Part shown: in pieces, positions 1 to 6,120 of the stretch
Numbering within the stretch: the stretch's first letter is position 1
Layout: every line of letters begins with the position of its first letter
DNA from: an uncultured Arcobacteraceae bacterium
GTDB lineage: Bacteria; Campylobacterota; Campylobacteria; Campylobacterales; Arcobacteraceae
Reading direction: 5' to 3'
DNA length: 12,928 nucleotides
NCBI GenBank assembly: GCA_964022095.1
Contig: CAXHZO010000030.1
Location: 1-12,928 of the forward strand
Position numbers and translations under genes: made by a program
The notes under the pieces: model-generated
Database searches by the model: none
Told to the model about the DNA's origin: nothing
The model's input: the letters and a program-made list of their open reading frames with translations, nothing else

Positions 1-73
1 ATAGTGTTAAGAAGTCATCTTCACTTAAGCTTGACAGTGTTGCTGTTGTATTTGCGATTACTGGTGCATCATT
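1..73 (-). repeat. Start of the second copy of the 429-bp repeat (cut by the window edge)
   Basis: 73/73 nt identical to 430-502; encodes NDAPVIANTTATLSSLSEDDFLTL. Confidence 0.9.
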
Positions 74-1276
74 ACTTCCTGCTACTGTTACACTTACTGT
101 TCCTGTATTACTATTTTCTGTTCCATCATTTGCTACTACTTGGAAGCTTACTTCTGTATTATCTGTTGAGCTCATTGAGTCAAACTCTGTGCTATAGATA
201 AAGAAGTCACCTACATTTACATTTGTTAATCCAAAGTTTGTAATATCTGTTTGTGTTAATTGAATTACTCCATTTACATTACTTGTTACATCTGTTCCAT
301 TTAACACAAAGTTTGAGCTATCTGTTATTAATGAAATACTTAATCCATCATTTACATCTACATCACTTACACCTAATGCTGCGTATACATCTGCTTCACT
401 TACTACATAGTATGCATTTTCCATTCCTGATAGTGTTAAGAAGTCATCTTCACTTAAGCTTGACAGTGTTGCTGTTGTATTTGCGATTACTGGTGCATCA
501 TTTACAGGTGTTACATTAACATCAAAACTTTGAGTGAATGTTCCTCCATTTCCATCATCTGCCGTTATTGTAACTATATCGCTACCATTAAAATCTTTAT
601 TTGGAATATATGTAATTACATTATTCTCTACAGATACAGTCCCGTTAGAAGCTGAAGTTGTAAAAGATAATTCATCTCCATCTAAATCTTCTGAATTAAA
701 TGATACAGTTAATACTTCATCTTCATTTACTGTTTGTGTCTGGATTAAATCAATAGTTGGGGCATCATTTACGTTATTAAATGCTGATACAAGAGGTGAA
801 GCTAAATTTTGCAATGGTGCAGGCGCACTATCAATGTCAGCATTAGCATAACTATTATTTTCTAAATTGATATCTCCATTGTCAAACCCAGTATTTCTTG
901 AGTTATCAGAATTATCATTTCCACCTTGATTTCCACCAGCAGCAGCTGCTGCTAATGCACTATTTAAATCAGTAATAGAAGCTAGAGCTACTTCACTATT
1001 ATCTCTAAAAACTTCTACAATCGCATCGCCATCATTAGTTGCTAAAATTACAGCAAGATCTTTTAATATTAATTCAAAGATATTTCCATCATTATCTCTA
1101 AATTCCATCTTTACGTCATTTTCATCTAACGCTGAAGTAAATTTTGTTCCTGCTGGAATATTTATTTTAAGTGTATTATTTACATCTATATTATCTATTG
1201 TAAACGATTTTTTACCATTTATAACTGGTATGTTTGACAGATCTACATTTTGACCGTATTTATTTATCGTAATCAT
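1..1276 (-). CDS. Large repetitive surface adhesin with Ig/cadherin-like (tandem-95/VCBS-type) repeats, probably T1SS-secreted; only the 5' part is in the window
   Basis: Manual minus-strand translation from ATG at 1276 is open for 425 codons to the window edge: MITINKYGQNVDLSNIPVINGKKSFTIDNIDVNNTLKINIPAGTKFTSALDENDVKMEFRDNDGNIFELILKDLAVILATNDGDAIVEVFRDNSEVALASITDLNSALAAAAAGGNQGGNDNSDNS...VNDAPTIDLIQTQTVNEDEVLTVSFNSEDLDGDELSFTTSASNGTVSVENNVITYIPNKDFNGSDIVTITADDGNGGTFTQSFDVNVTPVNDAPVIA... It has three NDAP linkers, DxDGD, YxPxxDFNGSD and a D/N/T/S/V-rich composition. SD-like AAAAGG lies 6 nt upstream. Absent from the ORF track, probably because no stop codon falls in the window. Confidence 0.92.
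   Translation of the reverse strand, partial: MITINKYGQNVDLSNIPVINGKKSFTIDNIDVNNTLKINIPAGTKFTSALDENDVKMEFRDNDGNIFELILKDLAVILATNDGDAIVEVFRDNSEVALASITDLNSALAAAAAGGNQGGNDNSDNSRNTGFDNGDINLENNSYANADIDSAPAPLQNLASPLVSAFNNVNDAPTIDLIQTQTVNEDEVLTVSFNSEDLDGDELSFTTSASNGTVSVENNVITYIPNKDFNGSDIVTITADDGNGGTFTQSFDVNVTPVNDAPVIANTTATLSSLSEDDFLTLSGMENAYYVVSEADVYAALGVSDVDVNDGLSISLITDSSNFVLNGTDVTSNVNGVIQLTQTDITNFGLTNVNVGDFFIYSTEFDSMSSTDNTEVSFQVVANDGTENSNTGTVSVTVAGSNDAPVIANTTATLSSLSEDDFLTL
74..502 (-). repeat. 429-bp (143-aa) intragenic tandem repeat unit, first copy
   Basis: Bases 1-73 are identical to 430-502 (offset 429 = 143 codons). The unit runs NDAPVIANTTATLSSLSEDD...SFQVVANDGTENSNTGTVSVTVAGS, and the next NDAP begins at base 73. 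Confidence 0.9.
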
Positions 1277-1282
1277 TTGATG

Positions 1283-1320
1283 CCTTTTGATTAAATTAGA
1301 TTTTTTATTATTAGATTATA
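1283..1320 (-). promoter_or_regulatory. Putative sigma70 -10 box and RBS of the adhesin gene
   Basis: Minus-strand TATAAT at 1320-1315 and AAAAGG at 1288-1283, 6 nt before the ATG at 1276. The AT-rich context weakens the -10 call. Confidence 0.5.
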
Positions 1321-1373
1321 TATAAAAAGTAGTTGCAAATTGGTTTCATTGTGTATAAAATGTCACATATTTT

Positions 1374-1382
1374 TGATATAAT
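1374..1382 (+). promoter_or_regulatory. Extended -10 promoter (TGnTATAAT) of the response regulator
   Basis: Perfect TGATATAAT at 1374-1382, separated by 5 nt from the ATG at 1388. No Shine-Dalgarno is present. Confidence 0.65.
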
Positions 1383-1387
1383 TAGAT

Positions 1388-2086
1388 ATGACTTTGAATA
1401 TAAAAAAAATACTAAAACAACTTGACGTTTTATTTATTAGTGAAAATGATGAATCTTTAAAAAAAATAAATAGTATTTTAAATATTTTTTTTAGAAAAAC
1501 TATACACACTAACTCTTTAGAAAATGCAATGAAATATTACACTACATATTCACCTGCAGTTATAATAATAGATATAGACTTATCAGATGGAAATGGTATT
1601 GGTTTTATTAAAGAAATTAGAAAAAAAAATAAACAAATTCCAATATTAATAATAACTAAAAACAAAGATTTAGAAAATTTGCTAGAGGCTATAAAACTAA
1701 ATCTTATTGATTATTTATTAAAACCTTTAGATATAAATAAGTTTATATTTAATCTAAATTTATGTACAAAACAAATTTTAAATAGTGGAGATATTGTTAC
1801 TACGATAAATAAACAAACAAAATATAACTACTTAGAAAAAACCATATTATATAAAGACAAGAAAACTTCACTAACAAAAAATGAATCTAAGCTTTTAGAA
1901 CTATTTATATCAAATAAAAATAGATTTATAAATAAAGAAAATATAAGAAAGCATGTGTGGAGAGAAAAGGATATATCTGAATCTGCTTTTAAGTCTTTAG
2001 TTAATAGACTCATTAAAAAGCTACCAGAAGATACTATAAACAACTCTTTTGGAGTTGGTTATGGTATCTTTGATAAAGAGATTTAA
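1388..2086 (+). CDS. OmpR/PhoB-family response regulator (receiver + winged helix), orphan, atypical receiver
   Basis: Receiver motifs IIID62IDLSDGNG, IPILIIT90 and DYLLK112P. C-terminal winged helix: LTKNESKLLELF...VW...SESAFKSLVNRLIKKL...FGVGY. Confidence 0.92.
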   Translation: MTLNIKKILKQLDVLFISENDESLKKINSILNIFFRKTIHTNSLENAMKYYTTYSPAVIIIDIDLSDGNGIGFIKEIRKKNKQIPILIITKNKDLENLLEAIKLNLIDYLLKPLDINKFIFNLNLCTKQILNSGDIVTTINKQTKYNYLEKTILYKDKKTSLTKNESKLLELFISNKNRFINKENIRKHVWREKDISESAFKSLVNRLIKKLPEDTINNSFGVGYGIFDKEI

Positions 2087-2105
2087 GCTTTTATCTCTTT
2101 AACAA
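2070..2105. terminator. Inverted repeat over the overlapping convergent stop codons; possible bidirectional terminator
   Basis: TAAAGAGAT (2074-2082) / ATCTCTTTA (2093-2101) around a 10-nt spacer, extending to an imperfect 36-bp palindrome. AT-rich stem with only weak U-tails. Confidence 0.45.
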
Positions 2106-2781
2106 TTTTCATAATATACTCAGCAGAGTTTTTAGCACTTGATTTTAGAAATTCGTCAAAATCAAATCCTGCATCCATATCAGCACTATCAGAAATAGCT
2201 CTTAATATAAAAAATGGAACATCTAAGGCATCACAAACAACTGCAACACTTGCACCTTCCATCTCTAATGCATCTGCTTTAAAAGTAGACTCAATAAACT
2301 CTTTTCTTTGTGTAGAGTGAACAAATTGATCACCAGTAGCAATTGTTCCTTCAATAACTTTCATATCATTTGAAGAAGCAACTTTTTTTGCAATCTGTCT
2401 TAAGTGTTCAGAAGTTTCTACATATACTTTTCCTTCTGGCACATATCCATGAGGATGCCCAAAAGCTGTAATATCTAAATCATGTTGACATAATTTATCT
2501 GCAATAATTAAATCCCCAATTTTAAGTTCAGGATTAATAGCTCCTGCAACACCTGAGAACAATAAAGTATCACACCCAAATTTTTCAATCATAGTGCTTG
2601 CTGTTAAACTTGCAAATACTTTACCTATTTTTGAGTAAGCAATTACTATATCTAAACCATTGTAAGATACTTCATAGTACTTATTATTTGCATATTCTAC
2701 TATATTTACATTTTCAAAGTGAGCTAATAGAGGTTCAATTTCCTCTTGCATAGCTCCCATAATTGCTAATTTTTTAGTCAT
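2083..2781 (-). CDS. mtnN: 5'-methylthioadenosine/S-adenosylhomocysteine nucleosidase (Pfs)
   Basis: Motifs IMGAMQEE, SKIGKVFA, FSGVAGA, IATGDQF, LEMEGASVA and RAISDSAD. Overlaps the fabD stop by 8 nt. Confidence 0.97.
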   Translation of the reverse strand: MTKKLAIMGAMQEEIEPLLAHFENVNIVEYANNKYYEVSYNGLDIVIAYSKIGKVFASLTASTMIEKFGCDTLLFSGVAGAINPELKIGDLIIADKLCQHDLDITAFGHPHGYVPEGKVYVETSEHLRQIAKKVASSNDMKVIEGTIATGDQFVHSTQRKEFIESTFKADALEMEGASVAVVCDALDVPFFILRAISDSADMDAGFDFDEFLKSSAKNSAEYIMKIVKEIKA

Positions 2782-3703
2782 TTAATTCGCCTAATACTTT
2801 TTCTAAACTTGCCATATCTGAAACATTTACAGTTGGAACTTTAGTAATTTTTCTATTTAAACCTTTTAACACAACACCATTTCCAAACTCTATAAACATA
2901 TCAACATCATCAGCAACTTTTTTGATTGATTGTTTATATTTTACTGGGCTTGTTAATTGAGATGATAATAGCTCTATTGCTTCATCTTTTGTAGTATAGC
3001 TTTCTGTACTAACGTTTGAAATTACACTAATAAATTCGTCATTTAAGTACTCTTGTAAATATGGAGTTAAGTTACCAACTGCACTTTCAAGTAATTCACA
3101 GTGACTTGCAACACTCATATCAAGAACTAATGCTCTTTTAGCACCAGCATCTTTAAATGTATCAACAAGTGATTCTAAATCAGCTTTTAATCCTGCTAAT
3201 ACTAATTGTCCATCCATGTTATAATTTGCTGGCCAAACTTTTTTTCCAGCTTCTCTTTGCTCTTCACAAATTTTTTCAACAACTGAATCATCAAGTCCAA
3301 CTAAAGCCATCATTCCAGCACCACCACCAGCACAAGCTTCAGTCATAAATAAACCTCTTCTATGAACTAATTCAATTGCATCTAAATAATCAATTGCACC
3401 AGCTGCAACTAATGCAGAAAATTCACCTAAAGAGTGTCCTAATACAAATTGTGGAGCGATATCACATTTTTCTTTGAAAAGTGCATTAGCAATTGAACTT
3501 ACTAATAAAATTGCAGGTTGTGTGAATTCAGTTTTACCTAAATCTTCATTTTCTTCAAATAGTAACTTTTCAAAATCAATATTTAATCTCTTGCTTGCAG
3601 CTGAGATCATCTCTTTTGCTATATCACTATTTTCAAAAAAATCTTTTCCCATTCCAACTTTTTGACTTCCTTGTCCTGGAAAAATAAAAGCAATTTTTTT
3701 CAT
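2774..3703 (-). CDS. fabD: Malonyl-CoA:ACP transacylase
   Basis: FPGQGSQ, TQPAI, catalytic GHSLGE and SVASHC. RBS AAAGGT at 3716-3711. Confidence 0.98.
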   Translation of the reverse strand: MKKIAFIFPGQGSQKVGMGKDFFENSDIAKEMISAASKRLNIDFEKLLFEENEDLGKTEFTQPAILLVSSIANALFKEKCDIAPQFVLGHSLGEFSALVAAGAIDYLDAIELVHRRGLFMTEACAGGGAGMMALVGLDDSVVEKICEEQREAGKKVWPANYNMDGQLVLAGLKADLESLVDTFKDAGAKRALVLDMSVASHCELLESAVGNLTPYLQEYLNDEFISVISNVSTESYTTKDEAIELLSSQLTSPVKYKQSIKKVADDVDMFIEFGNGVVLKGLNRKITKVPTVNVSDMASLEKVLGELND

Positions 3704-3789
3704 ATTTAATACCTTTTAGTAAAATTTTTAATAAATTAGAGTTACTCTAAACCATTAATAAAAGCTAAAATATTAACTCTTATAAATAA

Positions 3790-3823
3790 TTTTGCCCAAG
3801 TGTAAAAATACACTTGGGCAAAA
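3790..3823 (-). terminator. Intrinsic terminator-like hairpin downstream of slyD
   Basis: Perfect 15-bp stem TTTTGCCCAAGTGTA / TACACTTGGGCAAAA with a 4-nt loop, 40 nt after the slyD stop, followed on the minus strand by UUAUUUAU. Confidence 0.8.
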
Positions 3824-3863
3824 AGTAATTAAATTAATTAATGTGTGTTGTAATCTTAAAAGA

Positions 3864-4439
3864 TTAGTGACAACCACATCCACCATGGTTTTGTGGTTGT
3901 GCAGGCTCAGTTGAACAACATCCACCTTCATCAGCACCTTGTGATTGTGAACCACCACCACAACATCCGCCACCCATAGCAGCCATTCCACCAACAACAC
4001 CAGTTTGTGCTTCTTCTTCAGTAGCTTCTCTAAAAGATAATACAGAAACAGAGAACATTAATGTTTTACCAGCCATTGGATGATTATAATCAATAGTTAC
4101 TTCTTCATCAGTGAAAGATTTAACTACAACTTGTACAGTTTCACCTTGCTCACCAGTTCCATATAATGACATACCTTCTGTTAATTCAATACCTGCAAAT
4201 TGCTCTTTTGGTAAAGTTTGCATTGCTTCTTCATTATACTCACCATAAGCATCTTTAGCTTCAACTAAAACATCTGCTTTGTCATTTTCACTCATATCTA
4301 CTAATTTAGACTCTAAACCTGGAATAATTTGACCTTTTCCTGAAACAAACTCTAATGGAGCTTGACCAACGTTTGTATCTAATTGTTCACCTGTATTTGC
4401 GTCTTTTAATGTATATTCAATACCAATTACTTTGTTCAT
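3864..4439 (-). CDS. slyD: FKBP-type peptidyl-prolyl isomerase / metallochaperone SlyD
   Basis: PLEFVSGKGQIIPGLE, AYGEY and IDYNHPMAGKTL motifs, plus a Gly/Cys-rich tail ending GGCGCH. Confidence 0.96.
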   Translation of the reverse strand: MNKVIGIEYTLKDANTGEQLDTNVGQAPLEFVSGKGQIIPGLESKLVDMSENDKADVLVEAKDAYGEYNEEAMQTLPKEQFAGIELTEGMSLYGTGEQGETVQVVVKSFTDEEVTIDYNHPMAGKTLMFSVSVLSFREATEEEAQTGVVGGMAAMGGGCCGGGSQSQGADEGGCCSTEPAQPQNHGGCGCH

Positions 4440-4455
4440 ATTTTTTCCTTATAAT

Positions 4456-5475
4456 TTATAAATTTTTTAAATTTTTCTTTGCAACCTTAGCTTCATTTGT
4501 ACTAGGGTACAAGTCCACTAAAGTAGCATAAAAACTTTTAGCATTTTCTTTATCATTCAATTTTTCAAATGAAATTGCACTATGAAGTAACAATGTAGGC
4601 ATCCAATCTGCTTTATCATATAAGATTGCAGATTTTTTGAAATAGCCAATTGCTTTTTCATAATCTTTTCTTACAAACCACATCTCACCTAAGTAATAAT
4701 TACTCTCAGCTGGTTTGTATTTAGCCTCAGCTAGTTTTTCAAACTTTGGAATAGCTCCAGTAAAGTATCTTCTTCCATACTCTTCTTTTGCTTTTGCCAT
4801 ATAAGCTGCTCTTTTTGCACTAGTTGATAAATCATCTTCATCAACTGAAGAAGATGTCGTACTACTAGTACTTTGAGAAGGAGAACTTACATTAGCGCTT
4901 ACTTTTTTAGTTGTTGCTCCAATGTTTTTTTTTAACTCTTCAAACTCTTTTCGAGTCACAAATTGACTCATATTTTTCTTTAATTCGTCAGATGAAACAT
5001 ATTCAGAATTAATTTTATTAACTAGCTTTGAAACTTTTGAAACGGCTCTTCTTAAAGTTGCAATACTATTTCTAACTTCTTTATCTGTTTCAGCTTTCAT
5101 ATTTAATAACTGTTCTGAAACTGATTTTATTTCATTTGTTTCTTCTTGGTTCTTAGTTGCCAAATCAGAAGACATATCAACTTTTTCCATGATTTTTTTC
5201 ATCTTTAGAACTGTTTCATTTAATTTAGAAGAATCACCTTCATAAATTGATTCTAAACCTTCTAATCTTTTATTCAAAGTATTAATTAATGAATTTAAAT
5301 CAGTAACTTGTGAAGATAAATTATTAATATTTTTTTGATTTTTTAGAATATGTTTTTCAGATGAATTTAAACCATATGGGTTTTTTGAGTCTAAATTACC
5401 AGCTCCAAAAACCGAAACCTCTTCGGCTACGGTTAATGAGCTAGCAAATAATAATGCTAGAATATATTTATTCAT
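4456..5475 (-). CDS. cpoB: Tol-Pal-associated periplasmic coiled-coil/TPR protein (CpoB/YbgF-like)
   Basis: Signal peptide, long coiled coil, Ser/Thr linker and C-terminal TPRs (YYLGEMWF...YEKAIGYF; AKSFYATLVDLYPST). Lies directly after pal. Confidence 0.8.
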   Translation of the reverse strand: MNKYILALLFASSLTVAEEVSVFGAGNLDSKNPYGLNSSEKHILKNQKNINNLSSQVTDLNSLINTLNKRLEGLESIYEGDSSKLNETVLKMKKIMEKVDMSSDLATKNQEETNEIKSVSEQLLNMKAETDKEVRNSIATLRRAVSKVSKLVNKINSEYVSSDELKKNMSQFVTRKEFEELKKNIGATTKKVSANVSSPSQSTSSTTSSSVDEDDLSTSAKRAAYMAKAKEEYGRRYFTGAIPKFEKLAEAKYKPAESNYYLGEMWFVRKDYEKAIGYFKKSAILYDKADWMPTLLLHSAISFEKLNDKENAKSFYATLVDLYPSTNEAKVAKKNLKNL

Positions 5476-5480
5476 AGAAA

Positions 5481-6041
5481 CTATTTGATTAGAGTGTGTT
5501 CAACTCTTCTATTTTTTTGCCAACAAGCAGAGTTTTTAGTAGTACATACTGGATTACTCTCACCTAATGAAACTAAAGAAATATTAGCAGTTACACCATT
5601 TGTACTTAATACATCTTTTACAGCTTTAGCTCTTTTAAGACCTAATGCATAATTGTATTCATCCGTACCCCATTCATCTGTGTTACCAGAAACTTTTACA
5701 GTAGCTGCAGAATTTACTGCTGATAATTTAGAAGCATTGTTCATTGCTTTTTCTTTTTCAGTACCAGCTAAGTTATATTTATCAAACCCGAAGTAAATAT
5801 TATCAATAAATACTTTTTTACCATTGATCATATAATAAACACCTGCATCAGTTTTTTCACCCATAGAAAAGCTTCCATCAGTAATTTCGTTGATATTAGT
5901 ATCTGGAATATTGTTTAAAGCAGTTTCAGATGTTTCTTCAACTACTTTATTATCAACATTCATGTCAACATTTTTTTCACTACAACCAGTAGTAAATAAT
6001 ACAGAAGCAACTAATAAAGAGTAAATGCTAAGTTTTCTCAT
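5481..6041 (-). CDS. pal: Peptidoglycan-associated lipoprotein (OmpA-like domain)
   Basis: Lipoprotein signal ending FTTG-C; IYFGFDKY, GNTDEWGTDEYNYALGLKRA, SLGESNP and NRRV motifs; follows tolB. Confidence 0.95.
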   Translation of the reverse strand: MRKLSIYSLLVASVLFTTGCSEKNVDMNVDNKVVEETSETALNNIPDTNINEITDGSFSMGEKTDAGVYYMINGKKVFIDNIYFGFDKYNLAGTEKEKAMNNASKLSAVNSAATVKVSGNTDEWGTDEYNYALGLKRAKAVKDVLSTNGVTANISLVSLGESNPVCTTKNSACWQKNRRVEHTLIK

Positions 6042-6073
6042 AAAGATATCCTTGAAAATTAAAATTTGAATTC

Positions 6074-6095
6074 ATTTTACTCAATCAAAACTTAA
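6074..6095 (-). promoter_or_regulatory. Possible internal promoter for pal-cpoB-slyD
   Basis: The 79-bp tolB-pal gap is the longest gap between atpA and slyD. It contains minus-strand TAAAAT (6079-6074), an upstream TTAAGT (6095-6090) and RBS AAGGA before pal. Confidence 0.4.
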
Positions 6096-6120
6096 TAAAA
6101 GATTATCTTTTAATCTATTA

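Noticed and set aside
1..502. 73-bp direct repeat as a CRISPR array or IS/att end
   Set aside because: The offset is an exact codon multiple (429) inside an open frame and the repeat starts at a domain linker, so it is a protein repeat.
4..851. Plus-strand Leu/His-rich ORFs 4-201 and 253-519, and ORF 534-851
   Set aside because: Antisense shadows of the minus-strand adhesin. The shared peptide LRSHLHLSLTVLLLYLRLLVHH simply reflects the 429-bp repeat.
938..953. Perfect 16-bp palindrome AGCAGCAGCTGCTGCT
   Set aside because: Arises from GCA/GCT alanine codons in the poly-Ala stretch; no independent sign of function.
1402..1629. A8/T8/A9 homopolymers (1402-1409, 1459-1466, 1485-1492, 1621-1629) as phase-variation tracts in the regulator
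   Set aside because: The frame is intact, such runs are common in this AT-rich, Lys-rich DNA, and no poly-G/C tract is present. Read-level length variation would be needed to support it.
1828..2043. 71-aa minus-strand ORF
   Set aside because: Antisense to the response regulator with no recognisable motif.
3157..3665. Plus-strand ORFs 3157-3348 and 3474-3665
   Set aside because: Antisense shadows within fabD.
3773..4000. 75-aa alternative-frame ORF overlapping the slyD tail
   Set aside because: Out-of-frame read of the Gly/Cys codons of slyD that runs through the terminator hairpin; no clear RBS.
6096..6112. 8-1-8 palindrome TAAAAGAT-T-ATCTTTTA after tolB
   Set aside because: Almost entirely A/T, too weak for a terminator and plausible by chance at this composition.
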